Sequence record: CAXMZX020000754.1
Strand: one strand, 5' to 3'
Length of the DNA stretch: 32,000 bases
Shown: positions 17,067 through 26,766 of the stretch, in pieces
Numbering within the stretch: the stretch's first letter is position 1
How the letters are laid out: every line of letters begins with the position of its first letter
Program-made: the position numbers and the translations under genes
The notes under the pieces: model-generated
The model's input: the letters and a program-made list of their open reading frames with translations, nothing else
Databases searched by the model: none
Told to the model about the DNA's origin: nothing

Positions 17067-19697
17067 ATGATAAAATTATTCCCACAAATAAAAACTGTTT
17101 GGGATGAGTATAAAGTAACCTTAAATTCTATTAATGAAATTGAGAGTGAATTACTCACATTAAGTGATAATGAATTAAAAAGTAAGACCTCTAAACTAAA
17201 ATATTTTACTTCAAAGAAGGGGGTGTTGGATCAAAAAACTTTAATTGAAGGGTTTGCTTTAACTCGAGAAGCTTCGAAAAGAACAATTAATCTAAGACCG
17301 TATGATATTCAATTGATTGGTGGTTTAGTATTAGATGATGGTAAAATTGCTGAAATGAAAACAGGTGAAGGTAAAACTTTGGTCTCGACTTCTCCTGCTT
17401 TAGTAAATGCATTATCAGGGAATGGGGTACACATAGTAACTATAAATGATTATTTAGCAAAGCGAGATGCAGAATGGATGGGTCAAATACATCGATTATT
17501 GGGATTAAAAGTTGGCCTTATCCAAGATGGGATGGAAAGTCAAAGCCGTAGGAAAAACTATTCGCGTGATTTAACATATGTTACCAATACAGATCTAGTT
17601 TTTGATTTTTTAAAAGATAATATGGTAACAGATACAACAGAGCTGGTACAAAAGCCTTTTAATTTTTGTATTATTGATGAAGTTGATTCTATTTTAATTG
17701 ATGAGGCTAGAACTCCGCTGATCATATCTCGAGAGTCTAATCTATTAGTAGAAAAATATTTTAAAGCAAATGAAGCATCTAAATACTTAGAGCAGAAAAA
17801 ACATTTTGAAATTGATGAGAGAGCAAAAAAAGTAAGTTTGACAGAAAAAGGGTTAGACCGTACTAAAGTACTATTAAATGTTGATGATCTTTATAGTATT
17901 CAAGACCCATGGATCCCGTATATTTTAAATTCTTTAAAAGCTAGATACCTTTTTTTTCGTGATGTCCATTATATTTTTAGAGACAGCGAAGTTGTAATTA
18001 TTGACGAATTCACAGGCCGCATCATGGAAGGAAGGAAATGGGGGGATGGTTTACATCAGGCTATTGAGGCTAAAGAAAATATCCAAATGTTAAAAGGAAG
18101 TGAAACATTAGCTTCTATAACTTATCAAAACTTTTTTCGTCTTTATCCAAAAATATCAGGTATGACTGGTACAGCTAAAACTGAAGAATTAGAATTTGAA
18201 AATATTTATAATTTACCGGTTTCTGTTTTGCCCACGTATGAAAAAATGAAGCGTCAAGATCATTCTGACTTTATTTTTGTTGATGAAATTAGTAAATGGC
18301 GAGCTATTGCACAAGAATGTCTAAAAGTTTATTCTACAAGGAGGCCTGTTCTTGTAGGAACAACAACTATACAAAATTCAGAAGTCATTTCTCAATTACT
18401 AAAAACTTATAATATCCCTCATGAACTGTTAAATGCAAAACCAGAAAATATCAAGAGAGAATCGCAAATTGTAGCACAAGCAGGTTGTTTAAATTCAATT
18501 ACTATTGCCACAAACATGGCTGGTCGCGGAACAGATATTTTATTAGGTGGAAACCCTGAATTTAAAGCATTGTCTTCTACTCGTTTTATTTTAGAAAAAT
18601 TAATTCAAAAAGAGGATTTTTTTGTTCCGGGGATTAATTTGACACGTTTAAAAAAAGCCTTAGATAAAAATCCGAAATTAATTCCTTACTTAAAAAAAAA
18701 TTTAGAGATCCTTTTAACAGTGTTCGATATTTCTAATAAAAAATTAAATTTATTAGAAAGTTTTATTAATAACTTATATAATCAATTATTTTTAAAATAT
18801 AAAGAAAGACAAAAAGAAGAGTCTAAATTAATAAAGTCATTAGGTGGGCTTTATGTAATAGGTACTGAAAGACATGAATCGAGAAGAATTGATAATCAAT
18901 TACGAGGTCGCGCAGGAAGACAAGGAAATCCTGGTAGTTCTAGATTTTTTTTAAGTTTAAATGATCCGTTAATAAGAGTTTTTGGAGGAGATAAGATACA
19001 AGAAACAATGCAAAAATTAAAAATCGAGAGTGAAATTTTAGACTCTAAGTTTTTATCAGACTCACTAAACTCTGCTCAACAAAAAGTTGAAGGGTTTTAT
19101 TATGATCAGCGAAAAACGTTAAATAAATATGATCAAGTTTTAGATAAACAAAGAAAAGTTATTTATTATTTGCGAGAAAAAGTACTTTCTACTAAAGTTA
19201 TGCGTGATCTAGTTATGGAATTTAGTGAAGGGTTACTTGATGACTTTATTGATTATTTAGATTCTCAAAATCGAGAAGGGAAAAATATTATTTTACCAAA
19301 AAAAATTCTTAGATTATTAAACCGCTTATCTATTTCAAATGGTATAATTTATAATAACTTAGATAAGCTTTCTACCTTAAAAAAATTTCTTTATCAACAA
19401 TTATGGGCAAGTTATGCTTGTAAAGAATTTCGTTATTCTTGTTCAACAGATTCCAGGGTTTTAGATAGATATAGTCAACTTATATTTTTTAAATATATTG
19501 ATTATTATTGGTATAAACATTTAGAAAATATGAGCTTTTTACTTGATGCTACTAGTTGGGAGGCTTATGCCCAAAAAGATCCTTTTCTCAAGTATGATGA
19601 ACGGGCAATTAGTCTCTTAAATCTTACACTCAAAGATTGTAGAGATTCAATAATTTTTGAAATTTTTATTTCGAATATTATTTTAACTAATGAATAA
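17067..19697 (+). CDS. secA: preprotein translocase ATPase SecA
   Basis: 876 aa with MKTGEGKTL (Walker A), the DEVDSILIDEARTPLII DEAD-like box and TNMAGRGTDI. Confidence 0.95.
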   Translation: MIKLFPQIKTVWDEYKVTLNSINEIESELLTLSDNELKSKTSKLKYFTSKKGVLDQKTLIEGFALTREASKRTINLRPYDIQLIGGLVLDDGKIAEMKTGEGKTLVSTSPALVNALSGNGVHIVTINDYLAKRDAEWMGQIHRLLGLKVGLIQDGMESQSRRKNYSRDLTYVTNTDLVFDFLKDNMVTDTTELVQKPFNFCIIDEVDSILIDEARTPLIISRESNLLVEKYFKANEASKYLEQKKHFEIDERAKKVSLTEKGLDRTKVLLNVDDLYSIQDPWIPYILNSLKARYLFFRDVHYIFRDSEVVIIDEFTGRIMEGRKWGDGLHQAIEAKENIQMLKGSETLASITYQNFFRLYPKISGMTGTAKTEELEFENIYNLPVSVLPTYEKMKRQDHSDFIFVDEISKWRAIAQECLKVYSTRRPVLVGTTTIQNSEVISQLLKTYNIPHELLNAKPENIKRESQIVAQAGCLNSITIATNMAGRGTDILLGGNPEFKALSSTRFILEKLIQKEDFFVPGINLTRLKKALDKNPKLIPYLKKNLEILLTVFDISNKKLNLLESFINNLYNQLFLKYKERQKEESKLIKSLGGLYVIGTERHESRRIDNQLRGRAGRQGNPGSSRFFLSLNDPLIRVFGGDKIQETMQKLKIESEILDSKFLSDSLNSAQQKVEGFYYDQRKTLNKYDQVLDKQRKVIYYLREKVLSTKVMRDLVMEFSEGLLDDFIDYLDSQNREGKNIILPKKILRLLNRLSISNGIIYNNLDKLSTLKKFLYQQLWASYACKEFRYSCSTDSRVLDRYSQLIFFKYIDYYWYKHLENMSFLLDATSWEAYAQKDPFLKYDERAISLLNLTLKDCRDSIIFEIFISNIILTNE

Positions 19698-19795
19698 TAG
19701 TCCTCAAAGTAAATTAGACAAATTGTTTACATTTGTAGTATAATATTAGTAACAACTATCATTTAAAAAAATACAAAATTATATATTAAAATTCT

Positions 19796-19933
19796 ATGAC
19801 CAAAAGAACCTTAGGAGGAACAAATAAAAAAGCTGTTGGAGTTTCTGGTTTTCGTACCCGTATGAAAAGTAAGCAAGGACGTAAAGTAATAAATAACCGA
19901 CGACGAAAAAAAAGAAAAAATTTAAGTATATAA
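19796..19933 (+). CDS. rpl34: 50S ribosomal protein L34
   Basis: 45-aa [48 protein letters not shown], a canonical L34 pattern. Confidence 0.85.
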   Translation: MTKRTLGGTNKKAVGVSGFRTRMKSKQGRKVINNRRRKKRKNLSI

Positions 19934-19967
19934 TTAATGGATTTTAAAAAAGAAAAAAAAATTTATT

Positions 19968-21443
19968 ATGATTTTTGAAGAAGAACTTTTAGTTTTGTTA
20001 AATGCTCGATACCCTATTATTTATATTTTGACCATTGAAGAAGATCGATTAGAGTACACGCTCCGTAATAGTATTATTAAAAAAAGTTATAGTGGTTTAT
20101 ATGTTTGGGATTTTATTGAAGGTTATAAATTAAATCCTATAAAGAAAGAGTTGGCCAAAAGAAACCCATTAGAAGCTATAGAGTTTATTGAAAAAATCAA
20201 TTCACAAACCCCCAGTATCTTTATTTTAAAAGATTTTAAAAGGTTTTTGAAGGACTTAACAATTTCTAGAAAATTACGAAATATATTACAACAGTTAAAA
20301 GCGCAGCCAAAGACAATAATTATCATCGATTCCGAGATTCAAATTCCAAATGAGCTAAAAGACCATATTACTATTATCAAATTTAATTTACCAACACCGG
20401 CAGAAATAGATTATGAGTTAGGGCGCCTTAATAAAAGTCTACTCTTAAAAGGCCGAGTTAAAAAAAAAATGACCGACAATATCATTCGAGCTTGTCAAGG
20501 TCTATCTTTGGAAAAAATTAGAAGGGTTTTAGGTAAAGCGATCGTGATTTATGGCAAATTAGATTCAAATGTTTTACCATTAATTTTAAAAGAGAAACGC
20601 CAAGTAATTAGTGATACAGAACTTTTAGAGTTTTGGTCAGTTAAAACTCTTTTAAAAGATGTTGGAGGTGCTACAAATTTAAAATTATGGTTAGCTCAAA
20701 GGGCCGAAATATTTACTGAAAAAGCTATAAATTATGGTTTAGTTGCGCCAAGAGGGCTTCTATTAGTTGGATCAGAAGGTACTGGAAAAAGTTTACTAGC
20801 TAAAGCTATTGCATATGAATGGAATTTACCACTCCTACGTTTAGATATGGGGCGTTTATTTGGTGGTGTTGTAGGTGAATCTGAATCTCGAACTCGTGAA
20901 ATGATCCAAATAGCTGAATCATTGGCGCCATGCGCTTTATGGATTGATGAGCTGGATAAAACATTTGCTGATTCGGAGGTGAGTTTTGATGGTGGTACTA
21001 CATTTCGTGTTTTGGGCACGTTAGCTACTTGGCTAGCAGAAAAAACCGCCCCAGTTTTTGTTATTGCTACTGCTAATGATATTCATCTATTACCTTTTGA
21101 GATAATGCGGAAAGGACGTTTTGATGAAATTTTCCATCTAGCGATACCAAACAAACAAGATAGAATATTAATTTTTCAAATCCATTTAAAACGCTTTCGA
21201 CCACAAACTTGGAGTAATTACGATATTCAAAAATTAAGTCGGGTGAGTCATAAATTCTCTGGAGCAGAAATTGAACAAACTATTATTGAAGCTATGTATA
21301 TAGCCTTTACGGAAAATAGAGAATTCAACACTAATGATATTTTGTTAGCAATTAAAAATACTGTTCCAATGACGAAGATTGATCCCTTACGGGCAGAAGT
21401 TATAGAGGGATGGTCTGCATCAGGAAGACTTCGTAAGGCGTAA
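19968..21443 (+). CDS. ycf46: AAA+ ATPase Ycf46
   Basis: 491 aa with an N-terminus EEELLVLLNARYPIIYILTIEE typical of Ycf46, Walker A GSEGTGKS and Walker B LWIDELD. Confidence 0.85.
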   Translation: MIFEEELLVLLNARYPIIYILTIEEDRLEYTLRNSIIKKSYSGLYVWDFIEGYKLNPIKKELAKRNPLEAIEFIEKINSQTPSIFILKDFKRFLKDLTISRKLRNILQQLKAQPKTIIIIDSEIQIPNELKDHITIIKFNLPTPAEIDYELGRLNKSLLLKGRVKKKMTDNIIRACQGLSLEKIRRVLGKAIVIYGKLDSNVLPLILKEKRQVISDTELLEFWSVKTLLKDVGGATNLKLWLAQRAEIFTEKAINYGLVAPRGLLLVGSEGTGKSLLAKAIAYEWNLPLLRLDMGRLFGGVVGESESRTREMIQIAESLAPCALWIDELDKTFADSEVSFDGGTTFRVLGTLATWLAEKTAPVFVIATANDIHLLPFEIMRKGRFDEIFHLAIPNKQDRILIFQIHLKRFRPQTWSNYDIQKLSRVSHKFSGAEIEQTIIEAMYIAFTENREFNTNDILLAIKNTVPMTKIDPLRAEVIEGWSASGRLRKA

Positions 21444-21493
21444 TTTTTTTATTTGGCTTTAGTTCTAACAAAATTATATTATTAGTTATCGCT

Positions 21494-22825
21494 ATGATTA
21501 AACGTTTTTTTAAATATCTAGCTAATTTAAAATTAGCTATAATAATATTATTAGTTATTTCAGTCATTATTAGTATTGGTACGATTATTGAACAAAACAA
21601 AGAAATTATATTTTACCAGAAAAATTATTCAACACTTTTTTTTAGTTTACCGGTTTGGAAGATTCTTTTGTTTTTTGGTTTTAATGATATTTATAGTAGA
21701 TGGTGGTTTTTACTACTATTAGGTTTACTAGGTCTCTCATTAGCTTGTTGTACAATTATTCAGCAATTACCAACTCTTAAATTTTCTCGACGATATTATT
21801 TCTATAAGCAGAGAAATCAATATAATAAGCTTCAGACTAAAATAAATGCAATCCAAGTTTTTCCAAGTCATCTAAGTCATACTTTGCTAAATAGGCAATA
21901 TTCACTTTTTCAACAGTCAAATAGTTTTTATGCTTATAAAGGATTAATAAGTCGAATTGGACCGATTATTGTTCATTTGAGTATTATTTGTGTGTTGTTA
22001 GGTAGTGCATTAGGTGCCTTAAAAGGATTTAATTCACAAGAATTAATACCTAAAACTGAAGTATTTCATATTCAAAATGTTATAAAAAATGGCGTTTTTT
22101 CATTTGTTCCTCAAAAAACTTTTCGTGTTAATGACTTTTGGTCTATATATACTTCTAATGGATTAATTAAGCAGTTTTATACAGATTTTTCAATTTTAAA
22201 CGGTAATGGTACAGAAGCCCGAAGAAAAACTATTTCAGTAAATAACCCATTACTTTTAAAAGATTTAATAATATACCAAACGGATTGGGGAGTATTAGGG
22301 TTAAGGTTACATTATAATAAAAATAATATTTCTAAGGGAAATCTTCAATTACCGATATCAAAGATTAATACTTCAAATCAAAAAATTTGGATCAGTTCAT
22401 TACCTAGTTTAACGAAAGATAAAAAAAGTTTTATTGTACTCATTAAAGATAACCGCGGACAAATAAGTTTATATAATAACAAGGGGAAATTCATAAAAAG
22501 TAGTAACATAGGTGATGTTATATATAACACAGAGTCTATAGCTTTAAATTTAATTGATGTGATTTCTTCAACAGGTATACAAATTAAATCTGATCCAGGA
22601 ATTCAACTAATTTATTTTGGTTTTTTTTTTTTAATACTTAGTAGCCTAATTAGTTATATCTCGTTTTCAGAATTTTGGTTATTATATTTACCTATGAAAG
22701 TCATTTCTGGTGGGAAAACTAATCGCGCAAAAGTTAAATACAATATTGAATTCTTAAAATTTAAACAATCTTTTTTAGTTAAAACTTTTCAAACAATCTA
22801 TGACATCTCTCAGGTGGATAAATAA
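21494..22825 (+). CDS. ccs1: cytochrome c biogenesis protein Ccs1 (ResB-like, ycf44)
   Basis: 443 aa with an N-terminal LANLKLAIIILLVISVIISIGTIIEQ motif and ResB-like topology. It is the partner of ccsA. Confidence 0.8.
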   Translation: MIKRFFKYLANLKLAIIILLVISVIISIGTIIEQNKEIIFYQKNYSTLFFSLPVWKILLFFGFNDIYSRWWFLLLLGLLGLSLACCTIIQQLPTLKFSRRYYFYKQRNQYNKLQTKINAIQVFPSHLSHTLLNRQYSLFQQSNSFYAYKGLISRIGPIIVHLSIICVLLGSALGALKGFNSQELIPKTEVFHIQNVIKNGVFSFVPQKTFRVNDFWSIYTSNGLIKQFYTDFSILNGNGTEARRKTISVNNPLLLKDLIIYQTDWGVLGLRLHYNKNNISKGNLQLPISKINTSNQKIWISSLPSLTKDKKSFIVLIKDNRGQISLYNNKGKFIKSSNIGDVIYNTESIALNLIDVISSTGIQIKSDPGIQLIYFGFFFLILSSLISYISFSEFWLLYLPMKVISGGKTNRAKVKYNIEFLKFKQSFLVKTFQTIYDISQVDK

Positions 22826-22883
22826 TCAAAACTTGCAATCTCTTCTAATATATATATAATAAACTTTATACAGGATACATTAT

Positions 22884-23534
22884 ATGAAAGAATCTCTTGG
22901 GATCATAGTCAGTCTATACTGGCTCGAAATTACAATTTTGGCCTTATTTATAGTAATAGCATTTGTATTAGAACAAAAATTTAATTTTAAAAAACCTAGG
23001 CAATGGTTTATCGCTTTTAACACTTTAATTTTTACTCGAGGCTCCTCAGTATTAGCTTATTTTATACCTTATTTAGATATGATTAATATACATATACCAA
23101 TATTGTCGGGTACTCATCCGCTCGTGTTAAGGCTTTTTATGCCTTATTTTATAGCAGACTCAATTGATACAATTCAAAAAATACCTTATTTAAGTTTTAT
23201 ATACTTATCGATATGCTATTGTTTTTTCATACGCTACAAAATACCAAAAGATCGGTTTATTCGATACAATATAATGTATAGTATTATGCTTATGTCTTTG
23301 CAAAGTTTAGTATGTGAGATATTTCTTTCGTCTATTGATCTTCTTATTGCGGATGATGATCTTAGAGCACAAATAACTTTAATGTCTTTTTTTTGTTGGT
23401 TAAGCCTTTACATACCATGCTTTTTTAGAGCCTTCCTCGGTAAATATGATGATAATAAATTTATGAGAGAAGCTGTAGAAGTCCATTTAGGTAGAGATGG
23501 TCCTGACTTTATTTGGTGGGATAGGGTGAAGTGA
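22884..23534 (+). CDS. ycf60: Tic20-like membrane protein (ycf60)
   Basis: 216-aa polytopic ORF. The RFIRYNIMYSIMLMSL and REAVEVHLGR regions resemble the Tic20/ycf60 family as I recall it. It ends in a TGA stop. Confidence 0.6.
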   Translation: MKESLGIIVSLYWLEITILALFIVIAFVLEQKFNFKKPRQWFIAFNTLIFTRGSSVLAYFIPYLDMINIHIPILSGTHPLVLRLFMPYFIADSIDTIQKIPYLSFIYLSICYCFFIRYKIPKDRFIRYNIMYSIMLMSLQSLVCEIFLSSIDLLIADDDLRAQITLMSFFCWLSLYIPCFFRAFLGKYDDNKFMREAVEVHLGRDGPDFIWWDRVK

Positions 23535-23574
23535 AGGATGATAAAATACCACTAGTTAATTGAACATAATTGAA

Positions 23575-23655
23575 TAGGCCGAGTTGGATTTGAACCAACG
23601 TAGGTAAACCAGCGGATTTACAATCCGCCCCCTTTAACCACTCGGGCATCGACCC
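23575..23655 (-). tRNA. trnY: tRNA-Tyr(GUA)
   Basis: Reverse complement GGGUCGAUGCCCGAGUGGUUAAAGGGGGCGGAUUGUAAAUCCGC + variable arm + GUUGG-UUCAAAU-CCAAC-UCGGCCU-A. Confidence 0.9.
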
Positions 23656-23805
23656 TGGTAGTTAATATTATTATAAGACTAAATAATATAACAACTTTTG
23701 AAAAAAAGTATTTATATTAAGAATATGTACTATACTATGATGTATACTCTACGGGAGCTATTCGAGTCGAATGCTCCAACTAATTTAAAATTACTATAAG
23801 ATACT

Positions 23806-25338
23806 ATGAAATTAGCTTATTGGATGTACGCAGGCCCCGCTCATATAGGTACTCTTAGAATTGCAAGCTCTTTTAAAAACGTTCATGCGATTATGCATGC
23901 TCCTTTGGGTGATGACTATTTTAACGTGATGAGATCAATGCTAGAAAGAAAACGAGATTTTACAGCTGTTACAGCAAGTGTTGTTGATAGACATGTTTTA
24001 GCTAGAGGATCACAAGAAAAAGTTGTTAACAATATTAGTAGAAAGGATAAGGAAGAAAAACCAGATTTAGTTGTATTAACTCCTACTTGTACGTCAAGTA
24101 TTTTACAAGAAGATTTACAAAATTTTGTCAATAGAGCTTCAATAGAAACAGAGGCGGATGTGTTATTAGCTGATGTTAATCACTATAGAGTTAATGAGAT
24201 GCAAGCCGCTGATCGTACTTTAGAGCAAATTGTACAATTCTATATCAAGAAGGCTACTAAAAACAAACACTTAGATACATCAAAAACACTTGAACCTTCA
24301 GTAAATATCATAGGTTCTTTTAATTTAGCATTTCATAATCAGCATGATATCGCTGAATTAAAACGATTAATGTCAGATTTAAACATTAAAATTAATAATA
24401 TTATTCCTGAAGGGGCATCTGTGCAAGAATTAAAAAACTTACCTAAAGCATGGTTCAATATAGTGCCATACAGAGAAATCGGTTTACTAACAGCAGAATA
24501 CTTAAAAGATGAGTTTGATATGCCTTTTATTGATACTACGCCTATGGGAGTAGTTGAGACTGCAAATTGTATAAGAAAAATTCAATATATTTTAAATAAT
24601 GAGGGAGCTGATGTTAATTTTGAAAAATATATTGACATACAAACACGTTTTGTTTCGCAATCCGCTTGGTTTTCTAGATCTATAGATTGTCAAAATTTAA
24701 CAGGGAAAAAAGCAATCGTATTTGGAGATTCTACTCATGCAGCTGCTATGACTAAAATCTTGACAAGGGAAATGGGAATTAATGTTGTTTGGGCGGGTAC
24801 ATATTGTAAATATGATAAATCTTGGTTTGAGAAAGAAGTTGGTGATTTATGTGATGAAATTGTTATAACAGATGACCATAATTTGATTGGTGATTTAATC
24901 GCCAAAGTGGAACCTGCTGTTATCTTTGGTACTCAAATGGAAAGACACGTTGCTAAACGTTTAAATATACCATGTGGTGTTATTTCTGCACCCGTTCATA
25001 TTCAAAATTTCCCGTTAAGTTATCGCCCTTTTCTTGGTTATGAAGGTGCTAACCAAATTGCAGATTTAATTTATAATTCATTTACTTTAGGTATGGAAGA
25101 CCATCTTTTAGAAATTTTTGGTGGTCATGATACAAAAGAAATTTTAAGCGCAGGTTTATCGGTTGATCAAGAAGAGTCAGGGATAAAATGGAATCTTGAA
25201 TCTCAGACAGAGTTAACAAAAATCCCAGGGTTTATAAGAGGTAAAATTAAACGAAATACTGAAAAATTTGCTCAGGAACAAAAAATGGAAATAATTACAT
25301 TGGAAGTTATGTATGCTGCTAAAGAAGCAGCAGCGTAA
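23806..25338 (+). CDS. chlB: light-independent protochlorophyllide reductase subunit B
   Basis: 510 aa, [39 protein letters not shown]..., a canonical ChlB. Confidence 0.95.
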   Translation: MKLAYWMYAGPAHIGTLRIASSFKNVHAIMHAPLGDDYFNVMRSMLERKRDFTAVTASVVDRHVLARGSQEKVVNNISRKDKEEKPDLVVLTPTCTSSILQEDLQNFVNRASIETEADVLLADVNHYRVNEMQAADRTLEQIVQFYIKKATKNKHLDTSKTLEPSVNIIGSFNLAFHNQHDIAELKRLMSDLNIKINNIIPEGASVQELKNLPKAWFNIVPYREIGLLTAEYLKDEFDMPFIDTTPMGVVETANCIRKIQYILNNEGADVNFEKYIDIQTRFVSQSAWFSRSIDCQNLTGKKAIVFGDSTHAAAMTKILTREMGINVVWAGTYCKYDKSWFEKEVGDLCDEIVITDDHNLIGDLIAKVEPAVIFGTQMERHVAKRLNIPCGVISAPVHIQNFPLSYRPFLGYEGANQIADLIYNSFTLGMEDHLLEIFGGHDTKEILSAGLSVDQEESGIKWNLESQTELTKIPGFIRGKIKRNTEKFAQEQKMEIITLEVMYAAKEAAA

Positions 25339-25346
25339 AATAATTT

Positions 25347-25375
25347 TAAAACCGTTATCAACAATAACGGTTTTA
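25347..25375 (+). terminator. 12-bp stem-loop 9 nt after the chlB stop
   Basis: taaaaccgttat (25347-25358), loop caaca, ataacggtttta (25364-25375). Confidence 0.45.
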
Positions 25376-25427
25376 TTGACATAAAATCGTTATTGTTGAT
25401 ATACTAGGACCAGTTAGAGTCTATTTA

Positions 25428-25501
25428 CGGGACGTAGCGCAGTTTGGTAGCGTATCTGCTTTGGGAGCAGGGTGCCGCAGGTTCAAATCCTGCCGTCCCG
25501 A
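25428..25501 (+). tRNA. trnP: tRNA-Pro(UGG)
   Basis: CGGGACG-UA-GCGC-AGUUUGGUA-GCGU-A-UCUGC-UUUGGGA-GCAGG..GCAGG-UUCAAAU-CCUGC-CGUCCCG-A. Confidence 0.9.
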
Positions 25502-25540
25502 ATGCTATTGTATAGCATTATTGTTCTATTTTTGATCTTC

Positions 25541-25614
25541 TGCGGAGTGGAGCAGTTTGGTAGCTCGTTGGGCTCATAACCCGAAAGTCGCAGGTTCAAA
25601 TCCGGCCTTCGCTA
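25541..25614 (+). tRNA. trnfM: initiator tRNA-fMet(CAU)
   Basis: Unpaired 1:72 (U/U), three G-C pairs closing the anticodon stem (GGG/CCC), loop CUCAUAA, discriminator A. An A51:G63 mismatch in the T stem. Confidence 0.8.
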
Positions 25615-25666
25615 AAATTTAAATAAATTTATTAAATTTTCAGATTAACTATTCATTATCTTATTT

Positions 25667-26065
25667 ATGTCACTTTATCCTAGCAAATTTGTACCGATCT
25701 TTGGCGGGAGTACTGGTGGTTGGTTACGTTCAGCAGAGTTCGAAGAAAAATATGTTATTACTTGGACTTCTCCTAAGGAACAGCTCTTTGAAATGCCAAC
25801 TGCTGGTACGGCCTTAATGCTTTTAGGTCAGAATCTTTTATATCTTGCTCGTAAAGAACAATGCCTTGCTTTAGGTACACAACTACGAAGTTTTAAAATA
25901 AAAGATTATAAAATCTATAGAATTTTTCCAGGTGGAGAGATACAATTCTTGCACCCTAAAGACGGTGTATTCCCTGAAACATCAAATGAAGGTCGAGTAC
26001 CAGTAGGAAAAAGAGATTTTTCAATAGGTAAAAATCCTAACCCTGCGTCTATTAAATGGCAATAA
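25667..26065 (+). CDS. psaD: photosystem I subunit II (PsaD)
   Basis: 132 aa with [22 protein letters not shown] and the conserved C-terminal half of PsaD. Confidence 0.9.
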   Translation: MSLYPSKFVPIFGGSTGGWLRSAEFEEKYVITWTSPKEQLFEMPTAGTALMLLGQNLLYLARKEQCLALGTQLRSFKIKDYKIYRIFPGGEIQFLHPKDGVFPETSNEGRVPVGKRDFSIGKNPNPASIKWQ

Positions 26066-26130
26066 CAGTAATTAAATAAATATAGTTATGATATTTGTAC
26101 CATAGCTATATTTATTTAATTACTGTTATT
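26061..26130 (+). terminator. 30-bp stem (one G-U pair), 10-nt loop, overlapping the psaD stop codon
   Basis: 26061-26090 pairs with 26101-26130. The psaD TAA is at 26063-26065. Confidence 0.5.
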
Positions 26131-26185
26131 TATGAATTCTAGAGTTTAGAAAATTAAAAATCAATCCTCAATAATTTTTAATCTT

Positions 26186-26273
26186 GGAGAGATGGCAGAG
26201 ATGGTCGATTGCGTCTGGTTTGAAATCAGATGAACGTTTACGCGTTCCGTGGGTTCGAATCCGACTCTCTCCT
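26186..26273 (+). tRNA. trnS: tRNA-Ser(UGA)
   Basis: Class II tRNA GGAGAGAUGGCAGAG..., anticodon loop UUUGAAA, variable arm GAACG-UUUACG-CGUUC. T arm GUGGG-UUCGAAU-CCGAC with a G51:G63 mismatch. Confidence 0.8.
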
Positions 26274-26369
26274 GACAACCAAGTTTTTTAAAAACTTGCT
26301 TAAAAGTAATAAATTACTTTATAATTGAATTATACATTAATATTTTATTTTTATTGGAGTTGATAAAAA

Positions 26370-26678
26370 ATGGCGAATACTAAATCTGCGAAAAAACGTA
26401 TTAAAATAAATAGAAGAAATAATATACAAAACAATTCATACAAATCTTTAATAAAATATTATGAAAAAACACATTTAAATCTTATACAAGAATATAAAAA
26501 TAGTAATAAAATTATTAAAGGTGAATCCATTCCTAAGAATATCGAAGAGAAACTACTAACTTCATTCGCTCAGGTTGTTAGTCGAATTGATAGGGCTGTT
26601 AAAAAAAACGTTATCCAGAAAAATACTGCCATCAGAAAAAAAAAATCTATATTTAAGAAAACTTTTACAGTTTTCTAA
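26370..26678 (+). CDS. rps20: 30S ribosomal protein S20
   Basis: 102 aa with MANTKSAKKRIKINRRNN..., a canonical S20 N-terminus. GGAG lies upstream. Confidence 0.85.
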   Translation: MANTKSAKKRIKINRRNNIQNNSYKSLIKYYEKTHLNLIQEYKNSNKIIKGESIPKNIEEKLLTSFAQVVSRIDRAVKKNVIQKNTAIRKKKSIFKKTFTVF

Positions 26679-26766
26679 TTTAAAAAAAGAAGAATTTTTT
26701 AACGTTAATTTAATTTCAATATCCCCTTTAGATAAGATATATATATAATAGAAAACATAATAGGCT

